Part shown: piece after piece, positions 1 to 8,595 of the stretch
Position numbering within the stretch: the stretch's first letter is position 1
Layout of the letters: every line of letters starts with the position of its first letter
DNA from: a virus
Taxonomy: Duplodnaviria; Caudoviricetes
IMG/VR virus record: IMGVR_UViG_3300032281_000158
Coordinates: 1-25,935 of that record
Strand: one strand, 5' to 3'
DNA length: 25,935 nucleotides
Notes under the pieces: generated by a model
The model's database searches: none
What the model was told of the DNA's origin: nothing
The model's input: only the letters and a program-made list of their open reading frames with translations
Translations under genes and position numbers: made by a program

Positions 1-203
1 TAAAGGCAGTGTCATTTCTTCCAATGGGAAATAAGACATATCCTCAGCAACCTTATACAGAGATTACAAGAGAAGAGTATAACTCTTATGTCGGTAAGAT
101 TGCCAAGATTGACTGGTCTGCTATCTATGATGGCGTAGAAAATCTTGAGGCTGAAGGTGAAGCATACTGCTCAACTGATGCCTGTGAAATTAAATTATAT
201 TAA
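1..203 (+). CDS. nrdJ: Class II (adenosylcobalamin-dependent) ribonucleotide reductase, C-terminal fragment (5' truncated by window edge)
   Basis: Frame is open from the window edge (..KAVSFLP..YPQQPYTEITREEY..). The SFLP / YxQxPY.EI..EEY motif and terminal CxxxxC (CSTDAC) are typical of monomeric class II RNR C-termini. The GTG at 9 is probably internal. Confidence 0.8.
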   Translation, partial: KAVSFLPMGNKTYPQQPYTEITREEYNSYVGKIAKIDWSAIYDGVENLEAEGEAYCSTDACEIKLY

Positions 204-212
204 TTTCTAGCC

Positions 213-221
213 TGCTATAAT
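213..221 (+). promoter_or_regulatory. Extended -10 promoter TGCTATAAT
   Basis: Perfect TGnTATAAT in the intergenic gap, followed by SD AGGAG (228-232) and ATG at 237. Confidence 0.75.
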
Positions 222-236
222 AGGTTTAGGAGAAAT

Positions 237-3200
237 ATGGCTAATTCATCTAACTTATATGCAGAAAAGATTTACTCAGAACACCCATTGGTGCTTTGGG
301 CTTTAGATGATCAATTAGATTATATAAGCCTTATTTCAGAATCACAAAGAGATGTTTATACAAACTGGACAGCAAGCAATGCTACTAAACTTACTGGTTC
401 CTCAATAACTGACGAACCATTTCCAGAAAGCAATTCAAGCAAGGTTCGATGCTCTGTGCCAGCAAGTGGAACAGGAACATCAAGTATAGTAAGTCAAAAT
501 ATAATAAATTTTCAAGATATGAATCCAGAACTTGGAACATTTTGTATATCTTCTAATATTTTTTCAAATACTCCATACCTATCTTCAATATCTATTGGAT
601 ATGAATATACAGATCCAGCAACATCTTCAGTCGTTCAGGTATTAAAAAACTTTGAAACAACATATTTAGATAGTTGGGCATTTTTTTCAGAAACATTTTC
701 TATACCAAGCATAAATGCACAATGTAGGGCTGTTATTAAATTTTTTGTATTAGCAGGAGGTGCATCAACTGCTGACTATGAGTTCTACATAAATGGAACA
801 ACTTTTGGACAATGGTCGGAAGAGTTTAATGTAACATCTCTTGGAGTAACTCCACAATCATTTACAGAAAACGTTGCACTGACTGGAATAAGTTATGCTG
901 TTCCAGCAACTGCTTACGGTATTAGCGAAGATTCTGGATACTATTTAATCAATGACAATAGATTGCTTGCAAAAAACACTAGCATGCCAATGGTTTATGG
1001 AGCATCTGGAATTACAAAACTATCAGCAAATATAAACAGTAATCCATCTTTAATAATTCCAGGAAAAGGTTTTCTAAATAATGTTGGAAAGTATAAAGAT
1101 TATACTGTTGAATTTTGGGCAAAAATAAATTCAGGGGCAAGTGTACCAAGAAAAATATTTGGACCTATATCTTCTTCTGATGGATTGTACGTTGAGTCTG
1201 GATTCTTAACCTTAAATATAAATGGATATTCTGGATCTCACTTTGTTGGGCAATGGTTTAGACCAATGATAATTCAAATAAAGTTAGTCCGTGGAGTTGC
1301 AAGCCTATTGTTAAATGGAGAAGAAGTAATATCTTTTATAGTAGATCAAGGATCTCTTGTATTTCCAGATGAGTTTGATAATAGCAGTGATAGTCAAGAC
1401 TGGTTAGGATTTTATTGTTATAGCGATGTTGACATTATAGAAATAGATTGTGTTGCTATATATTCTTATGATGTTCCGATAACTGTTGCAAAAAGAAGAA
1501 TGGTTTATGGTCAAGGTGTTGTTTCTCCAGAAGCAATAAACTCAGCATATGGTGGAACTTCTGCTTTTGTTGATTATGCTTTTGCAGACTACTCTGTTAA
1601 TTATTCATACCCAAATCTTGCAAGATGGGATCAGGGAAAATTTGATAATCTTGTTACGACCTCAGATTCATTAACGATCCCTGCCTATACCTTACCACAG
1701 ATATATCTTAGCAATGAAAGTCAATCTTTATGGTATTCTGATTGCGAACTTGCTCAAGGAGCGGGTGATGACTTCATTACCTTTAGACCTAGTGTCTATT
1801 GGGAAGACATAGATTGCTACATGTATTTTGAAAAGTTTGACTTTTTGTCAAGTAACATAAAATCTTTTTATGGTGTATTTGAGGTATCCGATTTAGAAGT
1901 AAACCAGCAGATATTGTTCTTTATTTATAACTCTTTGACTAATGATACGTTTAAGATAGTTAGAGAAGGACTATTTATTAAGTACTTTATAAACTCAGAT
2001 AATATTCACCAGCAGGCAATTCAGTCAGCCTCACCTTTTGTTGCTGGAATAAATATTGATAACTTATCGTTACAATATGGAAGCAAGATCTCACAATTTT
2101 TTGGGGATAGGCAAAATTTAAAGATGTACTTAGGAGGAAACTCATCAGGAAGCAACACGTTCTCTGGCAATATTTTATCTATTGGTCTTAGTACATCAAC
2201 AGACCTATATAGAATAGCAAGTGGATTTAGTAATAATGGAATTGCAATTTTTGACGAAGATGTAGAATTTTTATCTCACACAGCAAGTTATACTTTATTA
2301 CCAACTTTTGTTTATGACTCATTCTCAATTGACATAGGAGTTTCTGGAACCTGGGAAGACTACCTTCCTCTTTCATATTTTGGAAAATACGTTAAGAATT
2401 CTGTTGGCCAAGATGTCTATGGTTTAAATTTTTTGCAGTTAAATTTTGACTATCCAGAACCATCTGCGTTTATTGGTCAAGATTATGATACAACAAATTC
2501 TGAGGTAAGAGCCTATATAACTTTGCAGTATGTTAGTGATGGAGCAAACAAAACACAAGATAACTTTACAACAACGGTTTTGCCTAATAAAAATGGAATT
2601 ATTGATTTAAAGAATTATCCTGATTGGGAAACAACAAAATTTGAAATTGTTGATAATACACTACTCTATCCACCCACAGATGTTGACTTTAATTCATTGG
2701 CAATGGTTTATAGGTTTGAGTTTAATGTTGGTGGAACATTAAGAAAACCTGTTAAAATTCGCAATCTAGAAATTGCGTCACAAGTTTTTGAACAAAACTC
2801 TTTTAACCATATTGGTACAAGGTTTGGTGTTGACCTTTACCCGTATAAAAGATCTGGAATATATTATGATTATCTATCAGATAACCCAATAAGTATTTAT
2901 AAGGGCAGCACACCATATCTATATTTAAATAAAAATTCGGGGATTGAAATTCGTGGAAACACTGGCCAAATGACAAATCGTGGAATAAGTATTCCAATTA
3001 ATAGCAACCTATCACAGTCATTTAAGGTTAGTGCAATGCAACTGTGGTTAATGTATGACAAGGATCTGTTTGAAAGCACTCATACAGAACTTTTTAGCAT
3101 ATACTATTTGGGAGACTCAGTTTCTTTTTACATAGTAGCAAACGACTCTTCTGGACAAAGAGGAAGAATATTTGCAAGGAATACAAGCGATGGATCAGAG

Positions 3201-3665
3201 TTTAATGGTTTAGTTTATTACATAAATGGCAGAATAGTTCGTGATCCAGTAATAAGCATAAAAGAATGGAACTCTTTAGGCGTAGGGTTTTTAAATTCAC
3301 TAAACTTTAATAGCCACATAGGAAGTATTGATTTAAGTGGGCCATTTGTTTTTAATAATGTTTCTTATTATCAGGCAAATGACTTACAGCAGATTCAGGC
3401 AAATATTACAAGACCATGGCAGAGAGTTTTGGTTGATGGAATAACGCTTGATTGGCAATACTGGGTTGATAGTTATATCTGGGAAGAGGTCTTGATTATA
3501 GGGCAGTCAGAAATATATGGCGTTAACCCATCTGACGTGTACAAAACATACCTTGGAACAAATAAAGTTATTTTTGATGACTCCGATGGCCTTATTGTCG
3601 ATGCAGAACAAATACTAGTATATACAGACATAGATTGGCAATCATCAATCAAGATACCTACCTAA
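237..3665 (+). CDS. Large putative virion protein with LamG/concanavalin A-like beta-sandwich domain(s)
   Basis: 1142-aa ORF with SD, rich in aromatics/Ser/Asn. LamG-like segments: HPLVLWALDD; YTVEFWAK..GQWFRPMII..LLLNGEEV..IDCVAIYSY. Function is inferred. Confidence 0.6.
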   Translation: MANSSNLYAEKIYSEHPLVLWALDDQLDYISLISESQRDVYTNWTASNATKLTGSSITDEPFPESNSSKVRCSVPASGTGTSSIVSQNIINFQDMNPELGTFCISSNIFSNTPYLSSISIGYEYTDPATSSVVQVLKNFETTYLDSWAFFSETFSIPSINAQCRAVIKFFVLAGGASTADYEFYINGTTFGQWSEEFNVTSLGVTPQSFTENVALTGISYAVPATAYGISEDSGYYLINDNRLLAKNTSMPMVYGASGITKLSANINSNPSLIIPGKGFLNNVGKYKDYTVEFWAKINSGASVPRKIFGPISSSDGLYVESGFLTLNINGYSGSHFVGQWFRPMIIQIKLVRGVASLLLNGEEVISFIVDQGSLVFPDEFDNSSDSQDWLGFYCYSDVDIIEIDCVAIYSYDVPITVAKRRMVYGQGVVSPEAINSAYGGTSAFVDYAFADYSVNYSYPNLARWDQGKFDNLVTTSDSLTIPAYTLPQIYLSNESQSLWYSDCELAQGAGDDFITFRPSVYWEDIDCYMYFEKFDFLSSNIKSFYGVFEVSDLEVNQQILFFIYNSLTNDTFKIVREGLFIKYFINSDNIHQQAIQSASPFVAGINIDNLSLQYGSKISQFFGDRQNLKMYLGGNSSGSNTFSGNILSIGLSTSTDLYRIASGFSNNGIAIFDEDVEFLSHTASYTLLPTFVYDSFSIDIGVSGTWEDYLPLSYFGKYVKNSVGQDVYGLNFLQLNFDYPEPSAFIGQDYDTTNSEVRAYITLQYVSDGANKTQDNFTTTVLPNKNGIIDLKNYPDWETTKFEIVDNTLLYPPTDVDFNSLAMVYRFEFNVGGTLRKPVKIRNLEIASQVFEQNSFNHIGTRFGVDLYPYKRSGIYYDYLSDNPISIYKGSTPYLYLNKNSGIEIRGNTGQMTNRGISIPINSNLSQSFKVSAMQLWLMYDKDLFESTHTELFSIYYLGDSVSFYIVANDSSGQRGRIFARNTSDGSEFNGLVYYINGRIVRDPVISIKEWNSLGVGFLNSLNFNSHIGSIDLSGPFVFNNVSYYQANDLQQIQANITRPWQRVLVDGITLDWQYWVDSYIWEEVLIIGQSEIYGVNPSDVYKTYLGTNKVIFDDSDGLIVDAEQILVYTDIDWQSSIKIPT

Positions 3666-3667
3666 TA

Positions 3668-3676
3668 TGGTATACT
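3668..3676 (+). promoter_or_regulatory. Extended -10 promoter TGGTATACT (leaderless transcript predicted)
   Basis: Lies just after the upstream stop codon. ATG at 3684 is 7 nt past the -10 hexamer and there is no SD. Confidence 0.7.
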
Positions 3677-3683
3677 GGTGGTT

Positions 3684-4079
3684 ATGAATCCTTTAATAAG
3701 CAATAAAACTGGCAAGCCAATTGTAAGCAATGTGCGTCGTAAGATAATTGATAAAGGTTATGACTGGGGCCTATACGTATACAAAAAGTCTAATGGCAAG
3801 TGGTTTACTGATGGAGAAGGTAACGTTTTGAACATAGAGTCTATGCGTGGAGATATTTCAAAAATATCACAACTAAAAACAGTAGCAAAGCACCATGGAG
3901 ATCCTGGTGATGGCGAGGCTATATTTGTTCCAGGACTCACAAGAATTAGTGAAGAAGAGCACTCTGTTCAGATGGAAAGACTAAAAGAAGGTCTTATTCC
4001 TTCAATGAATGATCTAGGTGCTTGGAAGGCTGCTCAAGACACAGTTGACAAATATGGAAGGGGTTCTTTAGATGAGTGA
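3684..4079 (+). CDS. Hypothetical protein immediately upstream of portal (131 aa; ATG 3684 preferred over GTG 3678)
   Basis: Codon usage matches neighbours. The stop overlaps the portal start (ATGAGTGA). GTG 3678 is too close to the -10 box to be transcribed from it. Confidence 0.75.
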   Translation: MNPLISNKTGKPIVSNVRRKIIDKGYDWGLYVYKKSNGKWFTDGEGNVLNIESMRGDISKISQLKTVAKHHGDPGDGEAIFVPGLTRISEEEHSVQMERLKEGLIPSMNDLGAWKAAQDTVDKYGRGSLDE

Positions 4080-5667
4080 AGAGTTTCAGTATATTAGAGC
4101 ATCTCTTAATACACAGTTAGAAGAAGAAAATGCATTTAAAACGCAAGACCCATTTAATAAAACTTGGGATGCATTAAAAGATTTTTCTGGACTTGATCAA
4201 AATTTTAAAAGAAGGGCATCAAGGTCAGTTGCTAAAGCAATTGGAGACCCAGCATATCTTGATGCAGCAAATGCAATGCCTAGCGGACAAGACTCTTCAT
4301 CAAAACAGATTAATCCAGGAACTGTCTACAGAAATGGATATGGACTATTTGATGTAATCACTCCACCATACAACATGTATGAACTGGCAAACTTTTATGA
4401 TACATCTTTTGCTAACCATGCTGCTATTGATGCTAAGGTAGAAAATATTGTTGGACTTGGATATCGCTTTGACATAACCGATAGTACGTCTTTAAGGTTT
4501 GATATGAGTGAAGATGCAGACAAGGTTTCTCGTGCTCGCAAACGTATAGAAAGAATGAAAATTGAAATTCGTGATTGGCTAGAGGGTTTAAATGATGACG
4601 ATAGTTTTACTAAAATCATGGAAAAAGTTTATACAGATGTTCAGGCAACTGGAAATGGATTCATTGAAGTAGGACGAAATGTAGAAGGACAGATTGGGTA
4701 TATCGGACATATACCAGCAACCACAGTTCGTGTTCGTAGATTGCATGACGGATTTCTTCAAATTATTGGTCAGCACGTTGTATACTTTAGAAACTTCGGT
4801 GCAAATAATCAAAACCCAGTAACAGCAGATTCAAGACCAAATGAAATTATACACATTAAAGAATACTCTCCACTAAATACATTTTATGGTGTTCCAGATA
4901 TTGTCTCAGCAATGCCGTCTCTTCTCGGAGATAAACTTGCTGCACAGTACAATATAGATTATTTTGAAAATAAGGCAGTGCCAAGATATGTTATTACACT
5001 TAAGGGTGCTCAGTTGTCTGCAGATTCAGAAGACAAGATGTTTAGATTTTTGCAAACTGGGCTTAAGTCTCAGTCTCATAGAACACTCTATATACCACTT
5101 CCTGGAGACACAGAACAAAACAAGGTTGAGTTCAAGATGGAGCCAATTGAAAACGGTATCCAAGATGGATCATTTAAAGAGTATAGAAAGCAAAATCGTG
5201 ATGATATCCTAATTGCTCATCAAGTACCAATTTCAAAACTTGGCGGGGCAGACTCAGGATTAGCAGCAGCCCTATCACAAGATAGAACATTTAAGGAGCA
5301 GGTTGCAAGACCAGCACAGCATCATCTGGAAAAGGTAATTAACAAGATTATTAAAGAGCAGACAGATGTCCTTGAACTTAAGTTTAATGAACTAACTCTT
5401 ACAGATGAAATTGCTCAGTCTCAAATTCTTGAAAGACTTGTTAAGACTCAGATCATGCTTCCAAATGAGGCTCGTGAGGTTTTAGATCTTCCACAAACAA
5501 AAGACGGAGATACTCCATTTGTAATGAGTCCAAGACAAGCAACAGATGCCAGAGCAAACCTTGCTGGTAATCGTGAACGAGATGCACAAAGAACAAACTC
5601 TCAATCAGATGGACCAGCAACTGTGGATGGAAGAAATCCACAGGGAGAAGGTCGTGCGTCTCAATAA
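4072..5667 (+). CDS. Phage portal protein (HK97/PBSX-like family)
   Basis: Motifs TGNGFIEV.R, HIPATTVRV, EIIHIKEYSP..FYGVPD, YFENKAVP, R.DILIAHQVP, PNEAREVLDLP. Located before protease and capsid genes. Confidence 0.93.
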   Translation: MSEEFQYIRASLNTQLEEENAFKTQDPFNKTWDALKDFSGLDQNFKRRASRSVAKAIGDPAYLDAANAMPSGQDSSSKQINPGTVYRNGYGLFDVITPPYNMYELANFYDTSFANHAAIDAKVENIVGLGYRFDITDSTSLRFDMSEDADKVSRARKRIERMKIEIRDWLEGLNDDDSFTKIMEKVYTDVQATGNGFIEVGRNVEGQIGYIGHIPATTVRVRRLHDGFLQIIGQHVVYFRNFGANNQNPVTADSRPNEIIHIKEYSPLNTFYGVPDIVSAMPSLLGDKLAAQYNIDYFENKAVPRYVITLKGAQLSADSEDKMFRFLQTGLKSQSHRTLYIPLPGDTEQNKVEFKMEPIENGIQDGSFKEYRKQNRDDILIAHQVPISKLGGADSGLAAALSQDRTFKEQVARPAQHHLEKVINKIIKEQTDVLELKFNELTLTDEIAQSQILERLVKTQIMLPNEAREVLDLPQTKDGDTPFVMSPRQATDARANLAGNRERDAQRTNSQSDGPATVDGRNPQGEGRASQ

Positions 5668-5689
5668 TTGAGAAACACGTATAAAGGTT

Positions 5690-5698
5690 TGGTATAAT
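5690..5698 (+). promoter_or_regulatory. Extended -10 promoter TGGTATAAT
   Basis: Perfect consensus 9 nt before ATG 5708. TTGAGA at 5668-5673 (19-nt spacer) is at best a weak -35. Confidence 0.75.
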
Positions 5699-5707
5699 AG
5701 GATTGAT

Positions 5708-7015
5708 ATGAATATAAATAAGGCTCAGTGGAGTACTAGTGGCGACAACGTTCGTCTATCAATGCCTATTGGTAAGGTAGATGTTGAGCGTAGAATGGTC
5801 TCTGGTTTTGCTACTCTAGACAATATTGACAAGCAAGACGATATAGTTACAACAGAATCAAGTATACAGGCATTTAAAAATTTCCGTGGAAACCTTCGTG
5901 AAATGCATCAGCCAAGCGCTGTTGGAAAGATTGTTTCATTTAAAGAAGATAGATATTTTGATCCAAATTTAAAAAAGTTTTATAGCGGAGTTTATGTATC
6001 TGCCTACGTTTCAAAGGGTGCTCAAGATGCCTGGGAAAAGGTTATGGACGGAACTTACACTGGATTTTCAATCGGTGGAAATATTAAAAACTGGGATGAT
6101 GCCTATAATGAAGAAATGGGTAAGTCAATTCGTGTAATTAAAGAATATGAACTATTTGAACTTTCTTTAGTTGATAGCCCAGCAAATCAATTTGCAAATA
6201 TTGTTTCAATTGAAAAGCAAGATGGTCATAATGTTATTGACGGTATGCTATCAAAAGTAGAAACAGAAAACATATTTATGGATGAAGATAGTGGTATAAT
6301 TTTAATCTCAGACTCTGAGACAGCCTTAAGTCCAACTACTGGAAAGTCGTTGAAGAATATAGGTTTTGTTGAAAAGAACGATACAGATAAAATAGATATG
6401 ATAAAGTTCTTAGTTGATAGTGCTAAAGGCATTAGTACAATTAAGATGACAAAGGAGGTAAACCCTATGACAGAAGCAACAGCAGTATTAGATAATACAA
6501 AAGTTGAAAATGTTGAGGTTGCTCCAGAGGCACAGCCAGCAGAAGTTCAAGAGACTCCTGCAGTCGTTGAAGATGTAGCAGTTGCTGTTGAAGCACCTGT
6601 TGAAACTCCAACTGACGGTAGTGCAGATTCTTCTGTTGCAAATGCAGCAGTAGAAGAAGAGAAGCCAGCAGATGTGTTAACAGATGCTGTCGAAGGAATT
6701 AAGGATGAAGTTGCTAAAGCACTTGCAGAAATTAATTCTTCTCTTACTAATGCCTTTGGCGATCTCGCTGCAACCGTTAAGTCTCTTAATGAGCAGGTAG
6801 CAGCAGTGACAAAATCTCTTGATAATGTAACAGTTGATGTTAACAATATCAAGGGTAATTTTAATGAGTTTGGCAAGCGAGTAGATGCCGTCGTTGCAGA
6901 CACCGCTTTCCGCAAGTCTGGCGATCTAGGCGAGATCGTGCAGTTTGAGCCTGTAAAGGTTCAAAAATCCCTATGGGGCGGTCGTTTCCTCAAAAATACC
7001 GACCTATTAAACTAA
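5708..7015 (+). CDS. Prohead (capsid maturation) protease, HK97/XkdF-like, with C-terminal scaffold domain
   Basis: Motifs VSGFATLDNID, LREMH, GFSIGG and ELSLVDSPAN (His/Ser/acid catalytic set), then an acidic Ala/Glu/Val/Pro-rich region and a coiled-coil. Confidence 0.9.
   Translation: MNINKAQWSTSGDNVRLSMPIGKVDVERRMVSGFATLDNIDKQDDIVTTESSIQAFKNFRGNLREMHQPSAVGKIVSFKEDRYFDPNLKKFYSGVYVSAYVSKGAQDAWEKVMDGTYTGFSIGGNIKNWDDAYNEEMGKSIRVIKEYELFELSLVDSPANQFANIVSIEKQDGHNVIDGMLSKVETENIFMDEDSGIILISDSETALSPTTGKSLKNIGFVEKNDTDKIDMIKFLVDSAKGISTIKMTKEVNPMTEATAVLDNTKVENVEVAPEAQPAEVQETPAVVEDVAVAVEAPVETPTDGSADSSVANAAVEEEKPADVLTDAVEGIKDEVAKALAEINSSLTNAFGDLAATVKSLNEQVAAVTKSLDNVTVDVNNIKGNFNEFGKRVDAVVADTAFRKSGDLGEIVQFEPVKVQKSLWGGRFLKNTDLLN
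6292..6300 (+). promoter_or_regulatory. Possible internal extended -10 promoter TGGTATAAT within protease gene
   Basis: Perfect match to the intergenic motif, 166 nt upstream of the internal ATG 6467. Could be chance. Confidence 0.4.
6414..6459 (+). promoter_or_regulatory. Internal promoter (TTGATA-16 nt-TACAAT) plus strong SD AAGGAGGT
   Basis: -35-like 6414-6419, -10-like 6436-6441, SD 6452-6459, in-frame ATG at 6467. Confidence 0.6.
6467..7015 (+). CDS. Capsid scaffolding protein from internal in-frame start (182 aa)
   Basis: AAGGAGGT lies 7 nt before an in-frame ATG (codon 254 of the protease ORF), where the sequence switches to acidic low-complexity plus heptad coiled-coil. Precedent: lambda C/Nu3. 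Confidence 0.75.
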   Translation: MTEATAVLDNTKVENVEVAPEAQPAEVQETPAVVEDVAVAVEAPVETPTDGSADSSVANAAVEEEKPADVLTDAVEGIKDEVAKALAEINSSLTNAFGDLAATVKSLNEQVAAVTKSLDNVTVDVNNIKGNFNEFGKRVDAVVADTAFRKSGDLGEIVQFEPVKVQKSLWGGRFLKNTDLLN

Positions 7016-7041
7016 GATATAAATCACTAGGAGGTGAAATA

Positions 7042-8184
7042 ATGTCGGAACAAAATACAGAGATCGTAAAGAATTACCCAGGTTCTCCAACTGAGTCACA
7101 CGCTCACAATGGCGATGGTGCTTTTGCATCAGGTGCTATTGGAAGTGCAACAACTACGGATGCTAATGGTAATCTTTCACCCGCTGCTTCGCTTGGTAAC
7201 ATTGCCACTGCGAACTTCGGATCTACTACTGGCGCTAATGCTGTAAATCCAACTGGTACACCAGGTGGTATTCTAGCACCAGAACAGGCTCGTCGCTTCA
7301 TCGACTATGTGTGGGATGCAACAGTTCTCGCTAAGGATGGTCGTAAAGTTACAATGCGTGCTAATACAATGGAACTTGAAAAGGTTAACGTTGGAGAGCG
7401 TGTTATTCGTGCTGCTGCTCAAGCACAGCCAGATTTCACAAACGCAGGAGCCACATTTACAAAGGTAGAACTTACAACTAAGAAAATTCGTCTTGATTGG
7501 GAAGTTTCTGCTGAAGCACTTGAAGACAATATTGAAGGCGGAGCACTTGAAGATCATCTAGTTCGCTTGATGACAAACGCATTTGCTAACGACCTAGAAG
7601 ACCTTGCTATTAATGGCGATGGTTCAACAGGTAACTTCTTGTCAATCATGGAAGGATTCGTTTCCCTAGCAGGAGATGGTTCTGATGCACACGAGTCTGC
7701 AGTTACAGTTACTAGCGATGCATGGACAACTGCAGTAATGCAGGACATCATCTTGGCAATGCCACGTAAGTACCGTGCACTTAAGAATAATCTTAAGTTC
7801 TACGCTGGTACTGACGCATTCCAGGGTATCGTTAAGCATAACGGAACACTTGCTGATGCAGTAGCAGAAGCATTTGCTAACCGCCCAGCAGGAACACCTG
7901 CAAACCGTCAAGACTATCTTGATGGAAATGGACAGACATTCGGTGGAGCACGTACAACTCGTGTTCTAGGAATCGATGTAATGGAAGTTCCTTACTACCC
8001 TGCAGGATATGTCGACTTGACATTCCCACAGAACCGTGTTTGGGGATTCCAGCGTGATATCACAGTAAACCGTGAATATGTCGCTAAGAAGGACACAATC
8101 GAATACACAGTATTCGTACGATTTGGTATTCAGTGGGAAGAACTTGATGCAGTTGCTTATGCAGATGCAGCAGCAAACTCTTAA
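7042..8184 (+). CDS. Major capsid protein (HK97 fold), 380 aa; start corrected to 7042
   Basis: SD AGGAGGTGA at 7029-7037. Motifs GGILAPEQARRFID, VELTTKKIRLDWEVS.EALEDNIE, FANDLEDLAINGD. Highly-expressed codon bias (CGT, GGT, AAC, TTC). Followed by a hairpin. Confidence 0.93.
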   Translation: MSEQNTEIVKNYPGSPTESHAHNGDGAFASGAIGSATTTDANGNLSPAASLGNIATANFGSTTGANAVNPTGTPGGILAPEQARRFIDYVWDATVLAKDGRKVTMRANTMELEKVNVGERVIRAAAQAQPDFTNAGATFTKVELTTKKIRLDWEVSAEALEDNIEGGALEDHLVRLMTNAFANDLEDLAINGDGSTGNFLSIMEGFVSLAGDGSDAHESAVTVTSDAWTTAVMQDIILAMPRKYRALKNNLKFYAGTDAFQGIVKHNGTLADAVAEAFANRPAGTPANRQDYLDGNGQTFGGARTTRVLGIDVMEVPYYPAGYVDLTFPQNRVWGFQRDITVNREYVAKKDTIEYTVFVRFGIQWEELDAVAYADAAANS

Positions 8185-8200
8185 TTAGAAACCAATATAG

Positions 8201-8234
8201 AGGGGGAGTAGAGTAAAATCTGCTCCCCTTCTTC
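8201..8234 (+). terminator. Intrinsic terminator-like hairpin after MCP
   Basis: AGGGGGAGTAGA (8201-8212) pairs with TCTGCTCCCCTT (8219-8230): 12 bp with two G-U pairs, 6-nt loop, weak U tail. Confidence 0.75.
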
Positions 8235-8240
8235 ACATTC

Positions 8241-8249
8241 TGGTATAAT
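8241..8249 (+). promoter_or_regulatory. Extended -10 promoter TGGTATAAT
   Basis: Directly after the terminator. SD AGGAGG at 8255-8260, ATG at 8267. Confidence 0.78.
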
Positions 8250-8266
8250 GACATAGGAGGATTAAC

Positions 8267-8593
8267 ATGACAATTGAAGAGTTATCAAAAAAGACAGTGA
8301 TGGAACTAAGATCCTATGCAAAAAAAAATAACATTGAACTATTTGATTCTAAAACAAAACTAGAGATTCTTGAAATTTTGGCTAGTTGGATTCCACCAGT
8401 ACAAACTGTTTTAATTAAAAAAGAAAGTGATCCAGTTGCTTTATATTCTAAAAAAAATATATTTTGGAATGGTCTTGGACAACTAAAGATTGGATACAAT
8501 ATCGTCTCTGAAGAAGAGGCAGAAAGATGGGTTACAAAGCAGGCAGTTCGAAAAGCAACGCCTGAAGAAGTAGCCACATATTATGGTAAATAA
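8267..8593 (+). CDS. Small protein with Rho-N/HeH-like N-terminal helical domain
   Basis: LSKKTVMELRSYAKKNNI....TKLEILEIL matches the Rho_N pattern (L..kt..eLr..Ak..gi......K.eli..i). Strong SD. Confidence 0.65.
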   Translation: MTIEELSKKTVMELRSYAKKNNIELFDSKTKLEILEILASWIPPVQTVLIKKESDPVALYSKKNIFWNGLGQLKIGYNIVSEEEAERWVTKQAVRKATPEEVATYYGK

Positions 8594-8595
8594 CT

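Noticed and set aside
6949-7041. MCP frame is open upstream (ATG 6973) and overlaps the scaffold end in the -1 frame, suggesting a longer MCP or a scaffold-MCP frameshift fusion
   Set aside because: A strong SD points to ATG 7042. There is no SD for 6973 and no canonical X XXY YYZ heptamer (C AAA AAT does not fit).
8320-8457. A9 and A8 homopolymers in the Rho-N-like gene as phase-variation tracts
   Set aside because: They encode ordinary K-K-N codons in an intact frame and are expected in AT-rich sequence.
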